Assembly: GCA_043228905.1 (NCBI GenBank)
Contig: JBHGNT010000006.1
Coordinates: 14,136,001-14,200,000 of the forward strand
Direction: 5' to 3'
Length of the DNA: 64,000 bases
Source of the DNA: Azolla caroliniana
Lineage: Eukaryota > Plantae > Polypodiophyta
Shown: piece after piece, positions 39,150 through 51,786 of the stretch
Position numbering within the stretch: the first letter of the stretch is position 1
Layout: the number at the start of each line of letters is the position of its first letter
Translations under genes and position numbers: made by a program
The notes under the pieces: generated by a model
Seen by the model: the letters and a program-made list of their open reading frames with translations, nothing else
Told to the model about the DNA's origin: nothing
Databases searched by the model: none

Positions 39150-39783
39150 TGTTAGAAATTGACGCTTTCAAAACCTTCACCTCTCGGCCACAACCGAGGA
39201 AACACGAATCAATGCAGCAGTAAATCGAAAACACAGAGAGAGACTCGAATGCACAGGGTTTAGCGTGGAAAACCCTAGACGGGAAAAACCACGGGAGTGC
39301 AAGATTCCAACTATCACTATACGCAGGGATTGTACAATGGCGAGCTGCAAGGCGATGACCTTGAGCTCGCTGTCCTCGCCACAGGCGGCGGTATTACACA
39401 GAGGCGTCGACCTCTTCCTTTCTCTCTCTCTCACTCTCTCTCTCGGCTGCTCTCACTTCGCTCCCTCTAAGTGGAAAACAGAAAAATGAGCAGCAACAAC
39501 AAAACTGTTTGCCCTAAGTCATATTTATACACATATGACTTTCGGGCTATTTACAAATATAGCCTCGAGGGCCCTTGGCAAACATATTCACAAATATGTC
39601 CCCGCATCCGGATCTCTCTCCGGGTGCATTCGTCATCCGGCTCCGTAGCCGGGGTCTTCATCATCCGGATCCGAAACCGGGTCTTCATCATCCGGTTCCG
39701 ATACCGGGTACTCCTCATTCGGGTCTTCATTCCCGATTCCCGGACATCTGACCATCCCATCCGGAGGGACCGTAATCCCAACA
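39150..39783 (-). repeat. 5' LTR of the young copia
   Basis: Adjacent to the PBS; near-identical to 34401-35034. Confidence 0.97.
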
Positions 39784-41549
39784 CTGCTAGCCGCAGGATG
39801 TCAGTGTCTGGAAAATCGTCATTGTCCTTCTGTAATGTTTCTCCATTCTCGAGTTTGCTCAAAAAATCTGCCACTGCGTGTTGCGTCCCTGGTCGGTGTT
39901 GAATTACAAAATCGAATTCTTGAAGCAACACCATCCATCGCGCCAATTTCCCCGTCAGGGCTTGTTTCTCCACCAAATACAGTAGCGCCGAATGATCCAC
40001 ATGGAACGTGAATTTCCTCCCCAGTAAATAATGCCAGAATTTATTGATGCTATAGATCATCCCTACCGCCTCCCGCTCCGTTGTGGAATAGTTACGTTCT
40101 GCTGTTGATAATTTGCGACTAGCGTAGTACACTGGCCGGTACCAGTTTGGTTCGGTGAGCTGCATTAGCGCAGTCCCTATTGCTGTTCGAGGCGTCGATG
40201 AACACATGGAATGGCTTCGCCCAAACTGGTGGTTGTACGACGGGGGCCTGTGTGAGCATTATCTTAAGTGCCTCATAGGCCTTGTTCTCCGTTGCGGTCC
40301 ATTGGAAGGGAGTCTGATGCACAACAGCATGTAACGGCGTGGTGAAGTCCGCCAAATATCGTATCATCCGACTATGCCACCGTATTTGTCCCAAAAATCG
40401 GCAGAGTGATTTCGCGTTTGTCGGAGTTTTGGCTTGCGTAATCGCGGAGATCTTGTTCGGATCGACCACTATTCCCTCCTTGCTGGGTATATGGCCTAGG
40501 AGAGTCCTACTGGTCACGCCGAAGGCACATTTCGCGGGATTCAGGCTTAAGCGTGCGGTGCGGCAACGTTCCATGCACAATTGCAGATGTGTAAAATGGT
40601 CTATTGTTCTCCCATATACCGCAAAGTTGTCTAAAAAAACTTGCATGAACGCTGGAATATATTCCCCAAAGATCTCCGTAATTGTTCGTTGAAATGTTGT
40701 CGGCGCCGTCTTTAGCCCGAACATCATGACGACTGTCACATAGACTCCCCAGTCCGTGACAAATGCCGTCTTCTCTTGGTCCTCGGGATGCATTCGTACC
40801 TGGTTATACCCACTGAAGCCATCTAAAAAACTTTACATCTCATGTCCTGTGACGACATCCAGTACGCTATCAGTGAATGGTAAAGGGAATGTGTCCGTAA
40901 TGGTTACGACGTTTAATTTTCGGTAGTCCACGCATACCCGTATTTTGCCGTTTTTCTTTGGAACGACTACTATTAGACTTAACCATGTGGCTTGTTTAAC
41001 TGGTCGTATGAACCCCACCTTGAGGAGTTTGTCAATTTCTTCTTTTACGCGGGTCGCGTAGTTCGGGTTCATGCGGTAGCGGCGCTGCTGGACGGGTTTT
41101 GCGTCAGTTGCTAAATTGATCTTATATTGATAGAACTTGGGATCTAACCCCTTCATGTCCTCATGAGCCCAAGCGAACACATCTTTATATTTCTCGAGTA
41201 GTGCGATCATTGTGGTTCTTTGGTACGGCCTTAATTCCTTTGCGATGGAGAGGAAACGGGGTTCTGACTCCGTACCCACATTTACTTCTTCCAGGGCAGA
41301 GGTGGTGACTCGTTGTGAAATTTCCATTTCCCTTTCGAATGCCGCTCGTGCTCTGCTGAGTTTCAATATGGACTCTGGGTTTGGTTCGTAAGCCTCGTCG
41401 TGGAGAATAGTGGCCGTGGCATATTCTACCGCGGTTGCGATGACGTCGATTTCGAACAACGGAATGATCTGAGGGTGCTCATCTAGGTATGCCTCTAATT
41501 CTGCATCCTCCACCCCAGTCAACATGTTTATATCTTCATCATAATAGAT

Positions 41550-42166
41550 TTTACTTGATTGCCTTCATCATCCTTAATAATTTCAATGATTTTGGCAATC
41601 CCAAAGGGATGGCCCAACTTATCACCCTTAGCTAATGTTGCAACCAACATACCAACTTGTAGCTCATGTAGATTGCCTTGCTACCTTGCCTCTGCAACAT
41701 GTGATAATCTTGGTCCCACGTAAATATCTCTTTGTCATGGAGGAATTAGATTATTCAATTAAAGATTATCTAGTGGTTGTAAAGGAGTCGTGCTCGCCAT
41801 TGATGGGCCACCAACTGCCCATTCGAATTGATTTTGTGGTGGCCAGTACCCTGTAAAGTGGTTATCTAATATTGTATGTTGATGATTAAAGAAGACATCC
41901 CACCAATCGACATCCTGATCACCATCGTACTTTTTGGTACGCTCAATATTTTTCTGTTTTTCCTCAAGGCACTGCATCCGATATATCTTTTGCTCTTCAA
42001 TTGAACTACCAACAGCCAATCTTTTATGGTCATCATAAGGCATTTGCTCAGCACCATAGATTATTGCATCTGGGAAATGCAATAAGAGCCTACACCTGTC
42101 TTGTGGCTCCCATTTGTTAAGCGCTTGGATTGCAACACAACCAGGCATGAATAAGGACATAATATG
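41550..42166 (-). pseudogene. Internal fragment of Sola1-like transposase (copy 2, continues at 29631)
   Basis: WEPQDRCRLLL...GAEQMP...WWDVFF and RDIYVGPRLSHVAEAR.QGNLHELQVGMLVAT align with 49128 to 48540 of the full element. Confidence 0.8.
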
Positions 42167-43039
42167 TGTTGAAGGACCTACGAAGAGGAAACGGCAAGAG
42201 GAAAAGAGGCAACGGGACGTCCAAGTGTGAAAGGCCAATACCCTAAACGTGAATGCTATATAAATCACATAGTAGTGGCTTTGTAAGGGTTCTCCGATTT
42301 GTAAAGATCTCTTTATTGATTAAGAGCTAGAGCTTCCTCTCCTCCTTCTAGTAACCTTTAAGCTTAAGAGAGATTAGTGAAGTGTTTTGTTAGAGAACAC
42401 TAATCTCTCTTCCTTGTTGGTGCTAGACCTCTTAGCAAAGAGGGTTAATAAACATATTCATTACTCTTGTTGTCTATATTCATTACCCTATTGTCTATGA
42501 GAGCGAGCTTGAGAGAGTGAGAGAGATATCGTGCTTAATCATCTATTAATCGTTAAGTGAGTGTGAGGCTCGGAGGTGTCCGACAACCATCTCCGCCCGA
42601 TTTGCCATCAAAAGGGTATACACCGGTCCGAACTCCGCAAACAACATCGAGGAGCTAACTCAATCGATACATAGATCCTTCACATCTATTTGGCGCTACC
42701 AAGGATACGACCGACGCTTGAAGCCTATTTCGAGTAGCCAAAAACTCGTAGGCAACCCACTTAACGAAGGAAGAAATCGAAAGGGAACCACTATTTTCTG
42801 TTTTTTTCTCTCACTATTTCATAGTTTAATTACGTTAATTTTCTGTTTTTAAAAGAAGTTTTAAATTATCCTTCCTTAATCGCCTAGACATTAGCAAGCT
42901 ATTCATTCAGTTAACGCTAAGCATTGTTGAGATTTAGCCGTTGCAGGGCAAGCATAACCACTGTGATTCTTGCGGATTACGATCATCCTACGGGACACGA
43001 AACGGCTGTTGGCGCCAAAAAATTCAAATTTCCCACGCA

Positions 43040-43275
43040 AAGTTCGTCGAAAGATCAGAGTTCGATAAGGGAAGCATCCTTCAATGAAAGATCAAAGTTC
43101 GATGAATCTGCATCCTTTGATGAACCCGCATCCTTTGACGAAAGATCAAAGTTTGACGAACCCGCATCCTTCGACGAAAGATCAAAGTTCGATGAACCCA
43201 CATCCTTCGAAGAAAGATCAAAGTTCAACGAACTCACGTCCCTCGACGAAGATCAAGGTTTGACGAACCCGCAAA
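43040..43275 (+). repeat. 36-bp tandem array (two related 18-mers) in the gypsy leader
   Basis: About 6 copies of gatcaaagtt(c/t)ga(c/t)gaacccgcatccttcgacgaaa. Confidence 0.85.
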
Positions 43276-46200
43276 ATCTTGACAAGAAAACATGGCCAGA
43301 TCCTCATGGACAAAGATGTTCAAAACCCAACCCACACGCCAGGAGGAGTCCACCCAAACCAACCAAACACACGATGTTGACCCACCTAACCCGACTCGGT
43401 ACCATAGAGGGTGGCTAACTCCAGGGACGCTACCAAACATGAAACTCCCATTGAGCCCAGGAACTAAAGCACCTCTCAACACGCCCCCACTACAGGAGAG
43501 CCCAATGGTTGACCCACTCAGTGTAGAGTGACACATACGAGACGCTGCGTAGGAGTTACGGGTAATAGAACACGAAATCAATCTATGGACGATACAACTC
43601 GTGAAAGGAGGACAACCGGAAAGCATCACTCGAGATATCGAAGCCGCTTTGGCGGAAAAGAAAGATAGATTCGCACGAGTGCAACAAAAAGTTCACGTCC
43701 TAGAAATATCGTTGCACATGCACCATCGGGGCCATGAGCACAGCCCCGTACCGCATTCGAGCACAACAGGAGATAGTCCAAACGAAGCCCACACACAACG
43801 ACACCCGATACCACCACGCATGGGCACGACCCCTACACCCGACCAAACTGCCCCTAAACCCCCAAATGCTGAACTCACACTAGCGTTACAACCCATCCAA
43901 ACCCTCGTAGCATTGATGGAAAAAGAGCGAGCACCCATGGACCATCCGAGAAACCTCACAAATGACAACAGGAAGAGTGCTTCCATTTCTAAACTAGTGC
44001 CCCGTTTTCTCGGTTTCGGTGATGCCTATGATCATGTCGAGAGGTTCAAATAGATTTGTCGCGCTTATGAACCCCTCATAGAGATCACCAAGGTAGCCGC
44101 ATTTGGGCTTACACTCAATGAACAAGCCGGAATTTGGTTTCGAACCTTGAATGAAGACATTGTCGTGGATTTCGAGTATGTCATCGAAGATTTCTTGATA
44201 AAATTTGCTCGTCGAGGGAATAAATGGAACCCGATTGACCAACTTTTCGCCCTCAAGAAAGAAGTGAACGAGACGGTCAAGGACTACATACGTCGCACGA
44301 AAAGCCTGCACCATCGTTGCAGCCCGAGCGACAAGATGTCGGATGACAAATTGATGAGTTGTTTCATCAATGGGTTGTTCGATCCGACACTCCAAAATTT
44401 CCTGATTGCCAAAATGTGTCGGTCATTTGCTGAAGCTTGCACAGTAGTGATGAACTTTGAAGATTCAATGAGCGGGTTACAGATACCCACTCAAGGGCCC
44501 ACGAACAATCGCGAGAAACCCTCGGAACTCACCCCCACTCTACCCACACCACTGAGACCACCCCGTATAGAAAGACCCCAAAGCATACGCCCAAAGAGAA
44601 AATGTAAGGTGCACGATATGCCATGGCCACCACATAGGGCATGAGTGTCCCCTCCTCCACCAACGACGGCTACAATACTATAAGTGGTGCAAAGCTTTCG
44701 TGATGCATCCTCAAGAGAACTGCTGGCAAGCCCCCACCGGAAGGTACAACCAAACACCAATGGTGGAGCACCCACGCTCACCTCCACCGCGTAGCCGCCC
44801 ACAACTACCAGGGATACTTCCCCAACAACCTCCACTACCACGCATCGACGCTCGCCTCGCCGAACTAGAATATACCATTGATAGCCAAACCCAGGTCGGG
44901 GCGAGCGCTCCCGAATACGAAGACTCATACCAAGAGTATGGTGTTGAAGAAGAGGTGTTGTCCCACTTTGTGGACTTCGAAGGCGACCAAATACCAGTGT
45001 ACGTCCTGAGAGGGGAACAACGGGGGCCCTTGATGGGATATCGCAACAATAATGATCTAAGGAGGTCAGAATTGAAATGTTTCAACTGCCAAGGCCCACA
45101 TATGGTTAGTGAGTGCCCAACCAAACACGAATACTACAACTGATGGCACAATGACCACGCCACCCCCCACTTGAAACACCCCCACAACCACTAGCGCAAA
45201 GTCTCACCTAATAGTTGCAGGACCTTATCGAATGGTTCCAAAGAGAAGCATCATGCCCAGGGTGTGGTAAGGAGCACTTAGTACCTGATTGCCCAGAAAA
45301 GAAGAAAAGGATCGGCGCAAATCTGTTGTCCATCGTATCATCCACGATTGGCGCCAACGTCATCACATGAGCCCAGTGAGTAGCTACGTGTAAGAGACGA
45401 AAATCCCAAAAAAATACATCCACGCAGGCCTCAAAACAAGATCAAGAACCGGAGGTAGACATAGAAATAATACTCGTCAACCCTAACCAGGAGCTATCGG
45501 CACACCTAGCGGCATACCCAAACCCAATGGCTAAGAAACAAAAGGTTGAAGAATACATTAACTAATTCGCCACGAACAGTTTGAAAAATCACTTAGTCTC
45601 CCAAGCTTAAACTTCGACCAACTCGATGAATGGGTAAACCCCCCACCCCAACACATGGATACACCTCCCCCCGTCGTCACATCAACCGACACCCCCACCT
45701 GCCATTCTACCCCGATCAAAGAGGTCAACACAACCCTGCTCTAGCAAATCTTAAATTTAAGATTACGACTCACATTACGCGAAGTGTAGAGCTACACTGG
45801 CACCTTCGTAGCCAACAACCCCCTACTACAACCTCTACTTGCCAAGGAAATAGAGTTCACGCTTGAAGAACTACTCAAACTCGACATCCAACCGTGGCAT
45901 GACGTCCTCCATCACCTCAATGGTAGCCTATCAGCAAGTTATGGTGAAAAGATACACACCCACATTCCTCATACGTCCACAGTCCTCAAGCAACCCGAAG
46001 GACCACCAATCGATATACGTGAAGCTCACTTCGACGATACTAGTTTCACTCTACCCGTTTGCATCAATGGTACGACGTGTGATGCAATCATTGACACTAG
46101 AGCAAGGGGTAAGTATCGTCAGCTACGAATGTTGGTGTAAGTGGGGGAGCCCAAAAATGCTTCCTTCAGATGTCAAACTACGAATGGCAGATGGGTCCAT

Positions 46201-47773
46201 CCAAAGGCCGAAAGGCATGATCCCCGCACATCACTTCACTATCCATGGAGTCGAGTTCAATCTCACCTTCGTCGTCACAAGATCATCAAACCATGTGGCC
46301 TACGAGTGCTTACTAGGAAGACCATTCCTACGTATAAGCCGCCTCCTGGTAATGGATTTTGGGAATGATACAATCTATATGCGTAAAAACAATAAAACCT
46401 TCCGCATCAAAGCATACACACAAAAAGTGCATGCACAAGAAGGTAGCCCTCTCGTGGACGATTGGTCAGAAACCACCGAGTTCTAGACCTACCTCCTAGC
46501 ATGCAAACACCCCCACAAAAACAGTTCAGATCTTGGCCAGAGGCCAACCGTTCCCCCAAAATTCTGCCAATTCCAAAGTGGAGAATGCAAGAGAGAGAGA
46601 AGACCAATCCGTAGCTTCCGAGACGTCAGAGATGAATTGGGTACACGCCCTCACCACGACCGACACAATGTACCCTATCGGTACAAAGTGTTGCGACGAG
46701 GATCTCTTGCTTTAACGTCACCACCCTCGTACTCCAGCGAAAACAAGTAGACGTAAAAGATGAAGACCTAGCACAACGAGTCACATGGCAAGATGAGGCT
46801 ACAACCACTCAAAAGACCTCGATCGAAGTGGACTTCCTAGAGCAATTCAAACTTTATGAACAAGAGAATTGGGCAGTGGCTTGTAAGAGACCACAACACA
46901 CCCCTCAAAGCTTAGGTGAGGTATGCGATGGACCGGCAAGGGTGAAAGAAATCAACCTTGGGAAGGGGATGGACTCCAAACCAGTGTTCATAGCCCAGTC
47001 GTACGAGGAGACTTCCTTGATCACCCTCCTCACAGAATTTAGCGACGTGTTCGCATGCTTGTACGTAGATATGAAAGGGGTCCCGGATGAGGTTGTCACC
47101 CATAATATCCCCATGCAACCCGACAACTGCCCAATCTGACAAAGGCCGCGCCCAATGAACCCTAACTATGCCCAACAAGTGAAAGCCGGAATCAATAAAA
47201 TGTTAGACGCATGCATCATCTACGATCGAACGAACCACTTGGGTCTCCCCGATTGTAGTTGTCCCGAAGAAAAATGACCAAATCCGCATATGTGTCGACT
47301 ACCGCCAAGTCAACGAAGCCACCATCAAGGTCAACTACCCGGTATCCTACATCGAGCATCTACTCAAAATAATCACGGGAGCCGAAGCTTATAGCTTCAT
47401 AGACGGGTTCTTGGGGTACAACCAAATCTCGGTGGTACCTGAGGATCAACACAAGACGGCCTTCGCCACCGAATTTGGTACGTTCGCGTATAAGCAGATG
47501 CCTGTCGGACTCACGAGTGCCTTGAGCACCTACCAAAGAGCAGTAGACCATATATTCGCAACAAGGTTACGAGAAGGGGTGGAGTCCAATGTTGATGACT
47601 TATGCTGCCATTCGAAATGGCATGACCACTTGACGCTACTCCGCTTGACGTTCGAAAAATGCAGGGCCTATCAAATCTCCCTCAACCCACTCAAGTGTCA
47701 AATCTGGGTCAAGCATGAATTAATATTAGGGCATGTTGTGTCCCGACATGGGATCTCGACCGATGAGGCAAAG

Positions 47774-47809
47774 AACACGTTCGTGTTCACAAGTGGAAGG
47801 ATCGCGCAT
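47774..47809 (+). repeat. Left TIR
   Basis: aacacgttcgtgttcacaagtggaaggatcgcgcat. Confidence 0.95.
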
Positions 47810-48141
47810 AAATGGAAGGATAAGGAATATTTTGGTTGATTTTAGGGCTTTTTCAATGATTTTACAAAAAACATTGATACCAGTATCATACATGTTCAAA
47901 TATACTATGAAAAAGGTTAAAAATCCACTATTTTTGTGATTTAGAAGTAAATAAAAAAAGAGGAATTTCAAAATGTTACATTCTCAATTTATATCACAAA
48001 CTTTACAACCAATGTTATTTTATAAGAAACGATTTTTTAGAAATCATAAGAATTCAAAACACATGCTTTTATATTACTCGATTTGTTACAATCGGAATGT
48101 AGTTACACTTAATAGCCAAAAATACATTCATGATCACTCCT

Positions 48142-50954
48142 TTACGGAGAATCACTACTATAACTAATATACAATGACGATTCCTCCTCGTCATCCTCGG
48201 ATGTACCAATCAGTGCATTATCTTCGTCATAAACCAAATGGTTTGACTCTAGATTATATGTAACAGATCTCGTTTGCCTTTGACTCGAGCCACCTTGTAG
48301 ACCTCGTAATTTTTCTTTTATTATATCTATTGTTGACTTCCGTAATCGTCCGGCTTTTGTAAGCGTGAAGTCGTACATGATGATATCCACATCAGAGATA
48401 TCAAGGGTCGAGGTGTTACGAATGTTTTGCTTCCTCTTCCTACCTCCCCTTGTTGTTGGGCATTCAATCATCTCCAATGTATACTTACCTGTAAAAGCAT
48501 TTGCACTTCTAGTGTTGTACGAATGAACGTTTATAGACTTGATCGTGTTTTCTATTTCATGCATTAGCACTTCTAGAATTTTACCAGCCCAAAATTGGTG
48601 GTCATGTGAGTTCTCATCAGCCGGCGTTGCAATCAACATCCCCGCCGCGAGCTCTTGCAAATTAGCTTGCCATCTAGCTTCAGCTGCTTTGGTCATCCTT
48701 GGTCCCATATAAATGTCTCTTTGTTGTGGATGGACCAAATTGTCATTAATCGCATTTGCTGGTTGCTCCGGAGTTTTATTTACACGATCATGTTGTAGCG
48801 ACGATGTGAATGGCGTTTCCAAATTCCAATTATCACCAAATACAGAATTGTCTATAATTCCTTTCTAATCAATAAAAAATACATCCCACCATGACGTGTC
48901 TTGTTGTGCGGCATATTTCTTGGCGGCCTCAATATGCTTTCTTTTTTCTTCTAAGGCTTGAAGCCATAACTGTTTTTGTTCCGATACCAAGTCACTATGC
49001 AACTGTCCTTTCTTCTCAATTGGCATTTGTTTAGCTCCATGGACAATTGTACTCGGCATACAAAGTAATAACTGGCAACCACCTTCAGGTTCCCATGTTG
49101 TAGAAGATGAATATTGTTTAGCATACAAAAGCGTAGAACCACTTCATTTTTCTTTATCATAAAAATGTGATTGAAGCTTATATTGTTTAACTTGGTGAGC
49201 ACTTTAACATTTCCAACACCCCCATCTGATATATATCTCTTAAAGTTATATACCTCCTTCAAGTGTAACACTTTTGGGCGTGGTGTATATGCATCACAAA
49301 TGACATCAAATAGTTTAGGTAATGTGAAAGCATCATGCTGAGACAACTGTCTGGAGAATGTGCTAAACATCAGATCTATATGATCATGTGTGTGGCCAAC
49401 CAAAAGAAAATTGACTTTCACTTATCTAAACAATCCTTGGTTGACCAACATACTTAGATAGCCAAACACAGTTGACTTTTTGTTCTCTCTAGTAGTATTG
49501 TCCAATTGAATGTATAGAACAGGGGGGAACGGTTGACCCCAAGACATCAAAACTCGGTGAATCACTGTAACTGTTAGGTAGGGTCATTGTGAACATTGGG
49601 GTATGTAATGAAGACGTGAGGTCCAACTGACCTATTATAAGCCAAGCATCCCACCAATTGCATTTGAACAAGGCACTCATCATTGACGTCTTTTGGGAGC
49701 CTCCGCATATGCGGCACGCACGTCTTCTTCTGGTCCATGCCATTTATCATTAAGCACATGTATTGTTTGGGTCTCTTCAAACACTTTTCTCTATGATGCA
49801 TTGCCTTCTTTCGTTCTAACGATTGTGCCTCAGGATGCTCTTGTAGTAACTTCTCAGTCATATCCTTTTCCATTGATGTCTTTGCACAAATGGAGCAATA
49901 CCCCGTGCGTACTTTACGTGGAATGATAACATTTGAAAACCGAGCTCTCCATAATCTTGTGAATTGGCTATATGTAACAGACTTATTACGTGAGCCCACC
50001 ATATCAGATCGATAGACTACATAAACTTCTCGTCGTGTGTAATTATCATAGAGGTGCATCCTACCTGTAGTGGGCATTACTTCACAATTGAACTGAAAGT
50101 AACTTTTCATCCAACCCATAGCATGTCTTCCAATTACACCTTTCATACTTGGAACCTCTTTACAATTGAGCATCTGATCCCCGCTAAGTAGACGTTGTTG
50201 TACTCTATGTAGCCGCATGTTACTAACACATAACGCAATTTTGAATGCAACTCTACATATATGTTGCGCATGGAAGATATAATACTCGAATGATACTTTG
50301 ATCCCCGTACATTTGTCAGACACTAGTTGCATATATGACCCGAGGTAAGTGTCTTGCTCATCACCAGTCATCGAAAAATAGTATCGCCTTAATTCTCGCA
50401 ACTTTGATTTTCCAATCATAGACATACAACCACGGGCACAACATATTTTTTTGACATCAAATCCAATCTGCTTATATGATGTCACCAAGTTTAATCTAGC
50501 CAGATGAATTCTTCGTGGGATTCTTCTAATATACATAGGGCTTCCAAATTTCTCTTCCTGCATAGAAGTTGGTGTAACCTTGTTACTATCACCCATGATA
50601 TTCGATGTTTTATTGGCACTACCTTCATTCTCCGTATCTTTATTAATATCGTATTCTTCAATAGAGAATTCTTCACATGTGTCATTATTCACAGGCGTTG
50701 TAGGTGAAGATGAGCTCAAACAATATTCTTCGATAGAAAATGGTGAGTCTATCGACATACAATATTCTTCGATAGAAAATGGTGTCTGTCGACAGACAAT
50801 ATTCTTCGATAGAAAATGGTGAGTCCGTCGACAGACAATATTCTTCGATAGAAAATGGTTAGTCTGTCGACAGACAATACTCTTTTTGTAGAAAACGAAG
50901 AGTTTGATGATAAACAATATTCTTCAATCGAGAACGGGGTGAGTCTTCACTCAT
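48142..50954 (-). pseudogene. DDD transposase, Sola1-like (GHTH-x-x-ID family), frameshifted
   Basis: Probable ATG at 50954; N-terminal PFSIEEYC repeats; Cys-rich CCARGC/ICRVAF; CEVMPTTG, F..LW...F.NVIIP, CSIC; catalytic-region motifs INGMDQKKT, LYIQLDNTTRENK, FLLVGHTHDHIDLMFS; spread over ORFs 49574..50917, 48951..49421, 48865..49128 and 48142..48822. Confidence 0.85.
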
Positions 50955-51653
50955 GGCTTAAGGTCCACACAGAGCTCTTTAAGTTATGTGCTTAGGCTAA
51001 CATAAAAAACTGATAAGCTCCTCTCTAAACATAAACTCCTCTCTAAACAGAAGCTCCCTCGATATAATTTCTATATTATTAAATATTATATTAATATAAT
51101 AAATAAAGATATTATTTTAAATATAATAATTGTATTCAACATATTAATAATTACTTAAACTAGTCTGTATAAAGTTAAATCAAGTATAATATAATTACAA
51201 TCATTACCAAGCCACTTATATGTTGGTTTAAAGCTAAAATAATTGGTTAATTAATGGCACCCATATTTAATATAGAACTTCTCAGTCATTGGTTCATTCA
51301 TGGCCACATCTTTACTATAAAGCAATTAAGAGTCATAAAAATGTTCCTTTGAGTATTCAATCATTGGTTCGCTCATGAACCTCTATCATTGCTTACTTCA
51401 TGACCTTCAAAGTCATTGTATGTTAGTTTGACTATAAAATAATCATTATTATGTTAGTTTGACTATTTAATCATTAATGCATTCATAAGCATCATTTATT
51501 TCAAATCCATTAGAGAGTGATTGGTACACTCAAGATTAGGTACTAAATAAAGTAACTCTAGTTAAAGTGACTGTGGTTACTAACTAACTAACCTTAAGGT
51601 CGCCAACCCTGGTTAAAGTGACTGTGGTTATTTTAACCACGGTGGTCAATCCC

Positions 51654-51661
51654 TATAAATA
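51654..51661 (+). promoter_or_regulatory. TATA box of the cargo gene
   Basis: ccTATAAATAgg about 130 bp upstream of ATG 51787 (context ccaccATG); an equivalent TATA + leader + ATG occurs at 63422-63551 in copy 3. Confidence 0.6.
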
Positions 51662-51786
51662 GGAAGACCTCCTCATATTTTAATCACACGAAGCACACAC
51701 GTAGAACAAAGCAAAAGAGCACATAGAGCACACAGAGCACGAAGCACCAAACTAAGATCTCCCCCTAAGCATCGACAACGTCCACC

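Larger units (their letters stand above)
34401..39783 (-). mobile_element. Young, structurally complete Ty1/copia element (Tnt1/Tork-like)
   Basis: Two 634-bp LTRs (34401-35034, 39150-39783) differing at 6 positions; TSD ttgct/ctgct; PBS 39135-39146; PPT agtgaagggggag; gag-PR-INT-RT-RH in one frame. Confidence 0.98.
29632..41545 (-). mobile_element. Ty3/gypsy (non-chromovirus type) retrotransposon, 5'-truncated, with an extra 3' ORF; hosts a solo LTR and a young copia
   Basis: RT (VVVPKKNGKIRVCVDYRKLN, FLDGFSGYNQ, MFGLKTAP), RNase H (YYASRKL, YSTTERE), integrase (HC..ASGH...[18 protein letters not shown]) over 41525 to 33074. Probable 3' LTR 29632-30072 with TATATAAA on the - strand. Reading frame rejoins across the 34401-39783 insertion. 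Confidence 0.9.

Noticed and set aside
35150-39223. Numerous + strand ORFs of 60-190 aa
   Set aside because: Antisense shadows of the GC-rich copia polyprotein.
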